A stretch of DNA of 64,000 nt from positions 239 to 64,238 of the forward strand of contig DATKUR010000013.1 of NCBI GenBank assembly GCA_035530555.1, read 5' to 3'. Each line of letters begins with the position of its first letter. Positions within the stretch are counted from its first letter, which is position 1. The position numbers and the translations under genes are program-made. The DNA is from Candidatus Humimicrobiaceae bacterium. GTDB lineage: Bacteria > Patescibacteriota > Minisyncoccia > Minisyncoccales > DG-74-1. Below, one piece after another: positions 9,604-19,018 of this stretch. A model generated the notes under the pieces. It saw nothing but the letters and a program-made list of their open reading frames with translations. It ran no database searches and was not told the DNA's origin.

Positions 9604-11160
9604 TTACAAAGGTATATTGCCATGCTTCCTGGCTATTTTACTTTCTCTCTTGTTTAGTAAAGACTCCAGGCATTTGACCAAGGTGTTTCTGGTGTCTTTG
9701 GGATGAATTATCAAATCAACCTGGCCTAATCTGGCAGCCTGATAAGGATTTAAGAAAATCTTTTCTAGCTCTTCAATTTTTTCTTTTTCCAGCTTCTTCG
9801 GCTCTCGGCTTTCAGCAATTTCTTTTTTATAAATAATTTTTACTGCCTGCTCAGGCCCCATCACGGCAATTTGAGCAGACGGCCAGGCAATAACCTTGTC
9901 ATAACCTAACTGCCGGGAACATAAAGCGATATAAGCTCCGCCAAAAGCTTTCCTCAATATTAAGCTGATTTTCGGAACGGTTGCTTCGCTATAGGCGTAT
10001 AAAACCTTGGCTCCGTGCCTGATTATCCCCCGATGCTCCTGGTCTTTGCCAGGAAGGTAGCCAGAAGTGTCAACTAAATTAATCAAAGGGATATTAAAAC
10101 AATCACAAAACCTGACAAACCTGGCCACCTTGTCTGAAGAATCAATATCTAAAGTACCAGCCATAAATTTTGTCTGATTAGCTACCAAGCCAACTGAATA
10201 GCCGGATAATCTGGCCAGACCCACCAAGCAATTGGCGGCAAAGCCTGCTTGGATCTCAAAAAAAGAATTTTTATCAAAAATTTCTTCAATCACTTCTTTC
10301 ATATCATAGCCTTTCTTCTTGTCTTCGGGCACTATTTCCAAAAGCCGCATACTTTCTCCTTCAAAAAATTCAGCCAAAAGACCTCTTTGCCTCGGCAAAT
10401 CTGCTAAATTGTTTTGCGGTAAATAAGAGAGGAGTTTTTTTACCCCTAAAAAACAATCTTTTTCTGACTTATAAATAAAATGATTGCAACCGGATTTTTG
10501 GCTGTGAATTGCAGCTCCTCCCAGGTCCTCAAAAGAAACTTTTTCTCCGGAAACAGCTCGAATCACTTCCGGTCCGGTAATATACATCTGCGAAATACCC
10601 TCTACCATAAAAACAAAGTCGGAAAGCCCGGGAGCGTAAGAGGCACCGCCGGCTGACGGGCCAGCAATGATAGAAATTTGGGGGATAACTCCTGAAGCCC
10701 GAATCATTGTTCTAAAAATGGAAGCGTAACCGTCTAAGCTAGATATTCCCTCTTGGATTCTGGCTCCCCCCGAATCGATAATACCAATACAAGGACAACC
10801 GGTTTTGGCGGCTAACTCAATTACTTTGGTAATTTTTTGACCGTGCATTTCTCCTAGAGAACCGCCCATTTTAGAAAAATCCTGACTGAAAAGATAAACC
10901 TGGCGGCCGGAAATCTTGCCAAAGCCGGAAACAACCGCATCTCCGGGAACTTTTTTCTCTGCCATGCCCAATTGATAAAAACGACTCTCAACAAAAGAAT
11001 CTAACTCAACGAAAGTTTCCGGATCCAAAAGCAGGTTAATTCTTTCTCGAGCAGTCAACTTTCCTTTTTGGTGCTGTTTTTCAATTAATTCCGAACTCTC
11101 CAGCTCCTCCCGTTTCTTATTTAGTTTTTCAATCTCATTTTCGAGAGCCATATTATTCAC
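9604..11160 (-). CDS. Acyl-CoA carboxylase carboxyltransferase subunit (PccB/MmdA-like)
   Basis: 518 aa. Fused N- and C-terminal carboxyltransferase domains (DSGGARIQEG, GPSAGGASYAPGLSDFVFMV, RKAFGGAYIAL). Confidence 0.9.
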   Translation of the reverse strand: MNNMALENEIEKLNKKREELESSELIEKQHQKGKLTARERINLLLDPETFVELDSFVESRFYQLGMAEKKVPGDAVVSGFGKISGRQVYLFSQDFSKMGGSLGEMHGQKITKVIELAAKTGCPCIGIIDSGGARIQEGISSLDGYASIFRTMIRASGVIPQISIIAGPSAGGASYAPGLSDFVFMVEGISQMYITGPEVIRAVSGEKVSFEDLGGAAIHSQKSGCNHFIYKSEKDCFLGVKKLLSYLPQNNLADLPRQRGLLAEFFEGESMRLLEIVPEDKKKGYDMKEVIEEIFDKNSFFEIQAGFAANCLVGLARLSGYSVGLVANQTKFMAGTLDIDSSDKVARFVRFCDCFNIPLINLVDTSGYLPGKDQEHRGIIRHGAKVLYAYSEATVPKISLILRKAFGGAYIALCSRQLGYDKVIAWPSAQIAVMGPEQAVKIIYKKEIAESREPKKLEKEKIEELEKIFLNPYQAARLGQVDLIIHPKDTRNTLVKCLESLLNKRESKIARKHGNIPL

Positions 11161-11680
11161 TAATAGTTCGTAGTTGTTCTTTCAACCCTTCAATAATTTG
11201 TTTTAGAAGCTTCCCGTTATCAACTTCTTTGCCTAGTTCTATTCTAAGCGAAGTGGCGATATTTTCCAAGTCCTTAGGGAATTTTTTAATATTGGTGTTC
11301 AAGCCGATCCCCATCACTGACAACTTAACTTCCCTGCCGATAATATTTTCAGTTAAAATCCCAGCTACTTTTTTCCCGTTTATCCAAACATCGTTTGGTA
11401 ATTTAATAAATGTCTCCAGGTTAAAATTTTCTTTTATCGTTTTCGCACAAATAAAGGCAGCTAAGATAGTCAAGGTTTGCAGGTCATCGATATTACTTTT
11501 GGGAAGAATAGCAGAAAAATAAAGCCCGCCTTTAGGAGAAGACCAGGCTGTTTTCTTTCGACCATAACCGCTTGTCTGTTCTTTAGCGACAACTATTGTC
11601 CAGGGATCTGCTCCTTTTTTAGCCAGCTCTTTGGCTTTCAAATTAGTAGATTTAAGGATTTTGTAATTTTTTATAATCAT
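11153..11680 (-). CDS. birA: Minimal biotin-protein ligase (catalytic domain only)
   Basis: 175 aa. GYGRKKTAWSSPKGGLYFS (the GRGRxGRxWxSPxG-type motif) and KLPNDVWINGKKVAGIL. No HTH domain and apparently no C-terminal domain. It sits inside the carboxylase operon and overlaps the next gene by 8 nt. Confidence 0.8.
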   Translation of the reverse strand: MIIKNYKILKSTNLKAKELAKKGADPWTIVVAKEQTSGYGRKKTAWSSPKGGLYFSAILPKSNIDDLQTLTILAAFICAKTIKENFNLETFIKLPNDVWINGKKVAGILTENIIGREVKLSVMGIGLNTNIKKFPKDLENIATSLRIELGKEVDNGKLLKQIIEGLKEQLRTISE

Positions 11681-11693
11681 AGTAAAGCTTGGG

Positions 11694-12110
11694 TTATTCT
11701 AATATTATTAAAGTGTCTCCGCTATTCACGGATTGATTTTCTTTAACTTTAATCTCCTTAATTTTGCCGTATCCTTCGGAAATAATTTCATTTTCCATTT
11801 TCATCGCAATCAAGGTGGCGACTTTTTTGCCAGGTTTTAGCGTTTCGCCAATTTTAACCGCGATACTGGAAATTGTTCCGGCCAAGGGACTTTTAATTTC
11901 TTTATCAATTCTTTCTCTGACAATAATTCCATTTCCTTTTGTTTCCCCATTCAGGTTTTTAGCGTAAGAATCAGTAAAGCGTGACTTACCTAATTCGTTT
12001 TTAGTAAAGAAAAAATCTTTATCGTTCACTTTTACTTTCAATGAGTCATCTTCTGTCTCCGATATTTCGATCCGATAGACTTTATTATCGATTTTAATTG
12101 TCGTTTGCAT
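11694..12110 (-). CDS. Biotin carboxyl carrier protein
   Basis: 138 aa. C-terminal biotinyl domain with the AMKME attachment motif (KVATLIAMKMENEIISEGYGKIKEIKV). Confidence 0.85.
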   Translation of the reverse strand: MQTTIKIDNKVYRIEISETEDDSLKVKVNDKDFFFTKNELGKSRFTDSYAKNLNGETKGNGIIVRERIDKEIKSPLAGTISSIAVKIGETLKPGKKVATLIAMKMENEIISEGYGKIKEIKVKENQSVNSGDTLIILE

Positions 12111-12137
12111 ATTACCGCCGGTTTACGCTGATATTTT

Positions 12138-13712
12138 TTATTCCTCAAAGATACTCATCCTTTCGGCTAATTTCCACTTATTAATCATAGAGGGTTCTGG
12201 CTCTGTTTTTTCTCCCCTGAAATTTTGATAAAACTTGGCGGCCAGCCGGGCTACTTCTTCATCACTTATGGCTTTTTCTTTTTCAGCTTTTCGTCCTTCT
12301 GGAGAGGCCAAGATTTTTTCAAAAACAATAATTTTTTGCGGAATGTTTTTTTCTTTCAAGATTTCAAGAATTTTTTCTCTTTCAATAAAGTCGGTTGATA
12401 GCCTTCCTTCCAAAAAACTCTGGTTCCCCAATAAGGTTTTGTAGAAAGGAATCAAGGTCGGCACTCCTTCAATGATATATTCCTGGAAGGCCCTTCTTGC
12501 TCTCCTAATGACTGATCTTCTGTCTTTAGCAAAAACAACCAGTTTTGCCAAGAGGGGATCAAAATAAGGCAAGACCTTTTGGCCTGCTCGGCAAAAACTG
12601 TGAATTTCAATTCCCTTGCCTCCGGGCGGTAAATATTTGTTAATCTGACCGGCTAGGGGGTGAAAATCAGCCAAGGCGTCTTCGGCATAAATCCTGAATT
12701 CCATCGCCCAGCCAAAAAACTTGATATGCTTTTGTTTAAAATCTAATTTTTCTCCACTGGCCACTCTAATTTGCAGTTCAACCAAGTCGAAATTAGTAAT
12801 CAACTCGGTTACCGGATGCTCGACCTGTAAACGAGGATTAACTTCTAAGAAATAAAAATTTCTGTCTCGATCAACTAAAAATTCTACTGTCCCGGCGCCC
12901 TCATAGTTTAAATGTTGACCCAGTTTTACTGCCAAACTTCCCATTCTTTCCCTTAGTTTTGAATCCAAAAATGGCGAAGGTGCTTCTTCTACCAGCTTTT
13001 GGTGTCTTCTCTGGATGGAACATTCCCTTTCCCCAAGATGCAAGACTTTACCTCGACCGTCGCCCAAGATCTGAAATTCAATATGGCGCGGGCTGATTAA
13101 TAACTTTTCAATAAAAATTTTTTTACTGTTAAAGGCACTCTCTGACGTTCTTTTCAGTCTCTGGAAGCTTTCCATTATTTCTTCTTTGTTTATCCGATGG
13201 ATTTCGGTCATGCCAATTCCACCTCCGCCGTCAACCGCCTTTAAAAGAAAGGGCGGCTTTGTTTTTTTTGCCACCTTGAAGCATTCCTTTTCATCGATCG
13301 CTCGTTGGGGCCCGGGCAATAAGGGAATACCTACTTTCCAAGCGATTTTTTTTGCTTCAACCTTGTCGCCGATTTTTCTTAGCGTTTCGGGGGTAGGCCC
13401 GATAAATTTTATTCCGTTGAGCCGGCAAAGTTCAGCAAAATCACCATTTTGGGCTAAAAATCCGTAACCGGGATGAACGGCTTCGGCTCCGGCCCTTTTG
13501 GCAATCTCAATTATTTTTCTCTGGTTAAGGTAGCCAGTCGCTCCTGCTTCGTCTAAATAATAAAATTCATTAGCCAGTTCTGTTTCCAGGAAATTATCTT
13601 CTTCGCCTTTTTGGGGACACAGCGCAACCGTTTTTATGCCTAATTCCTTGCACGTCCTAATAATCCTAATGGCAATTTCTCCCCGATTGGCAATTAATAT
13701 TTTATTAAACAT
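12138..13712 (-). CDS. accC: Biotin carboxylase (ATP-grasp) with about 75-aa C-terminal extension
   Basis: 524 aa. MFNKILIANRGEIAIRIIRTCKELGI, HPGYGFLAQN and EVNPRLQVEHPVTE are typical AccC motifs. Confidence 0.92.
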   Translation of the reverse strand: MFNKILIANRGEIAIRIIRTCKELGIKTVALCPQKGEEDNFLETELANEFYYLDEAGATGYLNQRKIIEIAKRAGAEAVHPGYGFLAQNGDFAELCRLNGIKFIGPTPETLRKIGDKVEAKKIAWKVGIPLLPGPQRAIDEKECFKVAKKTKPPFLLKAVDGGGGIGMTEIHRINKEEIMESFQRLKRTSESAFNSKKIFIEKLLISPRHIEFQILGDGRGKVLHLGERECSIQRRHQKLVEEAPSPFLDSKLRERMGSLAVKLGQHLNYEGAGTVEFLVDRDRNFYFLEVNPRLQVEHPVTELITNFDLVELQIRVASGEKLDFKQKHIKFFGWAMEFRIYAEDALADFHPLAGQINKYLPPGGKGIEIHSFCRAGQKVLPYFDPLLAKLVVFAKDRRSVIRRARRAFQEYIIEGVPTLIPFYKTLLGNQSFLEGRLSTDFIEREKILEILKEKNIPQKIIVFEKILASPEGRKAEKEKAISDEEVARLAAKFYQNFRGEKTEPEPSMINKWKLAERMSIFEE

Positions 13713-13714
13713 AT

Positions 13715-14368
13715 TTAAGTAGCTAATTGCTTTAATTCTCCTATTATTTTGTCAGTGATTTTTTCTAAAACTTGCTGATATTCCAACGAATCTTCTGCTA
13801 AATTTTGTGCCAAATTAAATTCTTCATTAAAAAACAAAGGCTTGCTGACACTGACTTCAATGATTTTCTTTATTTTCAGTTTTCCCTTAGGAGGCATCGA
13901 TTCAAAAGTTCCTTTAATTCCGGCTGCTATTACTGACACTCCGGTCTTCAAAAAAATTTTGGCCGTCCCGAATCTTCCCTTTTGAATCTCGCCGTTGGTT
14001 GACCTCCTGCCCTCGGGATAAAGCACCAAAATATTGCCCTTTTTTAAAACTTGAATTGCTTGTTTCAGGACGTTCTCCCGAGACCGATCATTTTTCCTAT
14101 CTAAAGGAATGACTCCGGAAATAAAATAGATAGCCCGAATCAACCATTTTATTACTCCTTTAAATCCGTCAATTTGCCCGATGAAATGGAACTTTCTGGG
14201 AACGCAAAGGTAGCTATCTATTATTATATCAAGATAGCTGACATGATTGGAAACCAGGATAAAAGGAGCCATAGGAATATTTCCCAATCCTCTAACTTCT
14301 TTTATTAAGAGTCGGCCAACGATCGGTTTCAAGAAAATTTTACAAAACCAAGAAATGACCGGATTCAT
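13715..14368 (-). CDS. plsC: 1-acyl-sn-glycerol-3-phosphate acyltransferase
   Basis: 217 aa. HxxxxD motif (SNHVSYLDI) and YPEGRRS motif. Confidence 0.85.
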   Translation of the reverse strand: MNPVISWFCKIFLKPIVGRLLIKEVRGLGNIPMAPFILVSNHVSYLDIIIDSYLCVPRKFHFIGQIDGFKGVIKWLIRAIYFISGVIPLDRKNDRSRENVLKQAIQVLKKGNILVLYPEGRRSTNGEIQKGRFGTAKIFLKTGVSVIAAGIKGTFESMPPKGKLKIKKIIEVSVSKPLFFNEEFNLAQNLAEDSLEYQQVLEKITDKIIGELKQLAT

Positions 14369-15273
14369 AAAATTTCTTTGACAATCTCGTCTATTATTTC
14401 CTGAGAACTTTTTATTTCCGAAATGCCGGCGGCCGATAAACCGGCTAAAAGGGGTATTTCCTCAACCTCTTTCCCGCCCAGGGAGCCGGCGATTTTTTCT
14501 GCTTTGATTTCTTCTGGAAAAGCGCCTTTTTCTTCCAATTTTTTCATCTGCTCTGACCATTTATTTTTTATCACCCTAATGGGATGACCGGTAAATCTTA
14601 AGGCAACTGTAATTTCATCAGCTGTTGCTTCAACTATTTTTTGTTTGTAGCCTTCAGAAGCCAAGCATTCTTTTGAGGCTAAAAATCTCGTTCCCATCTG
14701 GATTCCGTCAGCGCCTAATAAAAAAGCGGCTTTAGCGGTTTTACCATCATAAATACCGCCGGCGCCGATTAAGGGAAGGTTTTTTAACATTTTCTTTACC
14801 TGGGAAATCAAGCAAAAAGTGGTGTTTTCACCGATATGGCCGCCCGATTCCAGCCCTTCAACCACCACCGCATCAGCTCCGGCATCTTCCATTTTTTTAG
14901 CCAAACGAGGCGAGGGAACAACCGGAATTATCTTGACTCCGGCTGCCTGAAAATAGGAAAAAAGCGGAAGAGGGTTGCCACCACCGGTAAAAACAACGGG
15001 GACCTGCTCTCTTATTACTAATTTGACCAACTCTTCTGTTTTTGGGTTCTGCAAAAAGAGGTTGACGGCAAAAGGGTTTTTTGTCAGTTCTTTTGTTTTT
15101 TTAATTTCCGCTTCCAGCCAACTGGCCGGCATCAAGCCAGACCCAATAGTACCCAAACCGCCGGCATTAGAAACAGCCGAAACCAATTTGCTTTCTGAAA
15201 TCCCGGCCATCCCGCCTTGAATTATCGGGTATTTTATTCCTAAAAGCTTAATTAATGAATTTTTTTTAAGCAT
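14365..15273 (-). CDS. FabK-like enoyl-ACP reductase II / nitronate monooxygenase family flavoprotein
   Basis: 302 aa. IKYPIIQGGMAGISESKLVSAVSNAGGLGTIGSG and GADGIQMGTRF motifs of the NMO/FabK TIM-barrel family. Confidence 0.75.
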   Translation of the reverse strand: MLKKNSLIKLLGIKYPIIQGGMAGISESKLVSAVSNAGGLGTIGSGLMPASWLEAEIKKTKELTKNPFAVNLFLQNPKTEELVKLVIREQVPVVFTGGGNPLPLFSYFQAAGVKIIPVVPSPRLAKKMEDAGADAVVVEGLESGGHIGENTTFCLISQVKKMLKNLPLIGAGGIYDGKTAKAAFLLGADGIQMGTRFLASKECLASEGYKQKIVEATADEITVALRFTGHPIRVIKNKWSEQMKKLEEKGAFPEEIKAEKIAGSLGGKEVEEIPLLAGLSAAGISEIKSSQEIIDEIVKEIL

Positions 15274-15278
15274 TAAGG

Positions 15279-16296
15279 TCAGTTAAAAATATTAATTTCT
15301 TTACCTGACTTTTTTCTTTTAGCTAGTTTATAGATTAAATTAGCCGTATAGAGGTCTTGAATCGCCAAGCCGGTTGAATCAAAAATGGTGATTTCTTTAT
15401 CGTTTTCTCTCCCCGCTTTCTTGCCGTAAACAATCTCTCCCAAGGAAGCAACGATATCTTTTCTAGTTATAATCCCCTTTGCTACGGGAACATTTATTTC
15501 TCCTGAATGGCTTGCTTGATCCCAGCAGTCAACAACAATTTTCGCCCTTTTCAAAATATCAGGTTCTAATTCTTCTTTGCCGGCCGCATCAGCCCCCGAT
15601 AGCGTTAATATGGGTTCCAGGTAAAATCCATTGGCTTTTAATAATCGGCTTCCTGGTTGGGGTAACGGTAACCAAAATATCTTTCTGGCAGACTTCTTTC
15701 AGCTTTCCCTTTTTAATCCTGATTTTTTCTTTGGCTAAAATTTTTCCCAAGCTTTTGATTGCTTCCTCTCTAATATCGTAAATAGCAATTTCTTTTAACT
15801 TTCTTACCTTTGATATTGCCAAAATTTGAAATAACGCCTGAACACCGGCCCCGACTACTCCTAAGGATTTGGCTTCTTTTTTCGCCAAATATTTTGCCGC
15901 TACCGCTCCTCCGCCTCCCGTTCTTAAGGCAGTAATATAAGTTCCATCCATTAAAGCTAAGGGCAGGCCAGTTTTTGGATCATTCAAGATAATCACGGCC
16001 ATTACTGTTTCCAGTCTTATTTTTTCCTGACCGCCGAATGCCCGATGAAGGTGGGAATTTCCCGGATGAACGTTAACCAGTTTTGTCCCGGTCATCTCTA
16101 AAGTTTCTGAAAAAGAAGGCATTATTCTCAGATCGCCGTTGAATTTTTTGAAATTTAAATAAAGCTTGGAGGGCATTTGAACCTCGCCCCGGCCATAATC
16201 AAAAAAGGCCTTTTCAACAACATCAATAACTTTCTTAATCTCTTTTGGGGGAATTAATTTTTCAACTTCTTTTCGGGTCAAAATAAGCATAAACAA
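15279..16296 (-). pseudogene. Ornithine cyclodeaminase/mu-crystallin family gene (archaeal alanine-dehydrogenase-like) broken by a 1-nt frameshift
   Basis: Track ORFs 15589..16296 (N-terminal part, ends ...GTHINAIGG*) and 15279..15554 (C-terminal part) are in different frames. Deleting one base of the C5 run at 15593..15597 restores INAIGADAAGKEELEPDILKRAKIVVD, the family-typical junction. Confidence 0.8.
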
Positions 16297-16310
16297 AAAT
16301 TTCTAATTAT

Positions 16311-16829
16311 TCATTTTCTGTTTTTCTCCTCAAACTCTTTTTTCTCAATAATGGCCACTGAAAAACGAGTTTCGGTCTTTAATTCATTTCCAGCGAAAGC
16401 TTGAGCCTTGACTCTTGCTATTTTTGTCTTTGAATCTGGAATTGGATAAACTCCTAAAACTTCAGCCTTCAAAATTATTTTGTCTCCGGGGAAAATTGGC
16501 TTGAGAAATTGACAGCTCTTAACGTCATAAGCCAAGAAATGATAATTTTCGTGGTTTTCTATTGCCGAAGCTTTAGCTGAGGCGAGAGAAAAACGAAGTT
16601 CTTCGAACTTTCTTCTTAGTAAAATCGTCGAAAGTTGAGCTAAGGCTTCAACAACCAAAACACCGGGCATAATCTTGAAATCAACAAAATGGCCCTTGAA
16701 ATAATAGTCGTCTTTTGAGGTTTGGTAAAATCCGGAGATGGTATTGTCAGTAATTTCCTCTACTTCGTCCACAAATAAAAAAGGTTCCTGATAAGGAATA
16801 ATCTTTTTAATCTCTGCCTTGTTAAGCAT
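16311..16829 (-). CDS. fabZ: FabZ/FabA-like 3-hydroxyacyl dehydratase (hotdog fold)
   Basis: 172 aa. PYQEPFLFVDEV...YFKGHFVDFKIMPGVLVVEALAQ. It appears to carry an extra roughly 10-12 aa after the ALAQ helix (EELRFSLASAKA) compared with E. coli FabZ as I recall it. Confidence 0.8.
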   Translation of the reverse strand: MLNKAEIKKIIPYQEPFLFVDEVEEITDNTISGFYQTSKDDYYFKGHFVDFKIMPGVLVVEALAQLSTILLRRKFEELRFSLASAKASAIENHENYHFLAYDVKSCQFLKPIFPGDKIILKAEVLGVYPIPDSKTKIARVKAQAFAGNELKTETRFSVAIIEKKEFEEKNRK

Positions 16830-16880
16830 GATGCCCTATTATATCGGAAATCTCCCCCAATTTCAAGTCAAGCATCTGCT

Positions 16881-17873
16881 TTAAAATAAATGTTTATCAA
16901 GCAATTTCGCGCCCTCACCCGGCCGACAAACTATTGTTTCTATCACGCCTTCTAGACTCAAGAGTCTTTTATTGATTTCTTTTTCGTCTTTTTCCAGACA
17001 TAAAACCTTAACATTGGGCCCAGCGTCAATTGTGAAATAACATTTTAGCCCTTCCTCCCGCCAAGCTAAGACATTTTGGATGATTTCCATTGTTGCTGGA
17101 ATCCAGTAGATAATTGCCGGCTTGGTCGTTATCATCAGGGCGTGCATCTTAAGGCAATTGTGTTCTGCTGTTTGAGCGACTTTTTCAAAATCTCTTTCTT
17201 TTATCCCTTCTTTGATTGATTTTAAGTCATCGACTACTGTTTTGAGCCATCCTTCGTAATAAGGACATGTTCCAACGGTTTGGGCCATTCCAGCGCGGCT
17301 TGTCACCGGCTTTTTCCCTTTTTGAACAATTGTGGCAATCATCCGAAAATCCGGCCAGTAATCTCTATCAACGATGCTTTCGGCGTAGCTGTCCAAGCCG
17401 TCGGGCATTTCTCCACGATGCCATTCTACGAAGCCCCCAAAAATACTGCGACAAGCAGAACCAGACCCCTGTCTGGTAAGAATCGACAATTCTTTGGGTG
17501 ATAATTTTAGTCCTGCTGCGGCAGTCGCAGCAACCGTCAGTGCGGCAAAGCCGCTAGCGCTACTGGCTAAACCTGCCGCCACCGGAAAATTGCTTTCAGA
17601 AATAACTCTGGCTCGTTGTTTTATACCGGCCAAGCGGCTAATTCTGTCAATGTGGCCGTGGATATCTTTCTCGTCTTTTTGAAACTCTTCATCATTTATA
17701 ATAACGGTATGCTCTTTATATTTATCAGAGAATTCAACCGTGGTGGTGGTGGTCATACCATCACAAGTCATTGAAATATTACCGTTTTGAGGAAGGATTA
17801 ATTCCTTATCACGCTTGCCCCAATATTTGACCAAGGCGATATTGGCATTGGCAACAGCCGTGGCTTTCATCAT
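16881..17873 (-). CDS. mvaD: Diphosphomevalonate decarboxylase
   Basis: 330 aa. NIALVKYWGKRDKELILPQNGNISMT and the GLASSASGFAAL GHMP motif. Confidence 0.92.
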   Translation of the reverse strand: MMKATAVANANIALVKYWGKRDKELILPQNGNISMTCDGMTTTTTVEFSDKYKEHTVIINDEEFQKDEKDIHGHIDRISRLAGIKQRARVISESNFPVAAGLASSASGFAALTVAATAAAGLKLSPKELSILTRQGSGSACRSIFGGFVEWHRGEMPDGLDSYAESIVDRDYWPDFRMIATIVQKGKKPVTSRAGMAQTVGTCPYYEGWLKTVVDDLKSIKEGIKERDFEKVAQTAEHNCLKMHALMITTKPAIIYWIPATMEIIQNVLAWREEGLKCYFTIDAGPNVKVLCLEKDEKEINKRLLSLEGVIETIVCRPGEGAKLLDKHLF

Positions 17874-18853
17874 GATTTATTTTCTATTTTTAAACCTTGG
17901 TAATCAACATCAACCAAAACCGGCGTACCTCCGGCTTCTTTTATCGCTTTTTCTATCTCTTCTTTCTTCTCTCCTAGGGCGATAATACAGTCACCGACTC
18001 CGGCGCCGGATAATTTGGCGCCGGAGGCACCGACTTTTTGACAGGCCTCGATTAGTTTTTCAATGATTTCTGAAGAAACGCCGTATTCTACAGAGGGAGC
18101 TTTAAATTTTCTTAAAATTTCCTGGTTTTCGGTCATCAACCGGCCAACTTCTGGCCAGTTAGAATTCTCCATGGCTGTTTTTGCTTTTTCTACGATCTGC
18201 AAAATATCATCGTAAAGTTTTTCATAATACTCGGGGTTTTTCTCCATTTCTACTTTAACTGCCTTGACAATTTCCGAAGTACTGGCCTTAACGCCGGTAT
18301 AGCCGACTATTAAAGGAATGTTTTTAATTTCCAACGGCTCAATTTTTTTCCCGCCGGTTAAGAAATAAATCACTCCGCCGTAAATGGCCGCGGCAATATC
18401 AAAACCTGAACCCACGCTCTGAATATCTAAAACCGTTTTATAGGCCAAATCGAAAATTTCTTTCTTTTCCATTTTGACTCCAAAAAGTTCAGAAAGAGCT
18501 TTAATCGTACACACGGTTACCGCCGAACTTGAACCAAAACCGTATTTGGCCGAAAACTGACTTTCGGTTTTTATTTTAAACCCCGATTCAATATTATATT
18601 TTCTAAAAAAATTCTTAACCGCTTCCAAAACAAATCTAATCTCCTTCGGTTGCTCCTTATTTAAATCAGTTAAAGAAACGGTAAGGCCAGAAATCTTCAT
18701 CTCCGGCGCCTCAATTAGAATTTTATCTTCAGAAATTTTTTCTATTTCAACAAACAACCGCTGGGAAACCGCGGCAACCAAACAAGGCCGGTTGTAAACA
18801 ACGGCATGCTCTCCAAATAACATTAATTTCCCCGACGCGGAAACTTTTATCAT
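17870..18853 (-). CDS. mvk: Mevalonate kinase (GHMP kinase)
   Basis: 327 aa. SGKLMLFGEHAVVYNRPCL (GEH as in mevalonate kinases) and GFGSSSAVTV. Confidence 0.8.
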   Translation of the reverse strand: MIKVSASGKLMLFGEHAVVYNRPCLVAAVSQRLFVEIEKISEDKILIEAPEMKISGLTVSLTDLNKEQPKEIRFVLEAVKNFFRKYNIESGFKIKTESQFSAKYGFGSSSAVTVCTIKALSELFGVKMEKKEIFDLAYKTVLDIQSVGSGFDIAAAIYGGVIYFLTGGKKIEPLEIKNIPLIVGYTGVKASTSEIVKAVKVEMEKNPEYYEKLYDDILQIVEKAKTAMENSNWPEVGRLMTENQEILRKFKAPSVEYGVSSEIIEKLIEACQKVGASGAKLSGAGVGDCIIALGEKKEEIEKAIKEAGGTPVLVDVDYQGLKIENKS

Positions 18854-19018
18854 TTTTAATTCGTTAAATATAATTATTTAACTAGCCGATTAAAATCTCT
18901 TGTTTTAATCTTAATACCTTTTGATCGAATGTCAAACTCAAAAAATAAGCGAGTAATTTGAAAATAAATAGGTGGCAGCCGAAATGAACACCACTTATCA
19001 CACTCAACGTACTACGTC

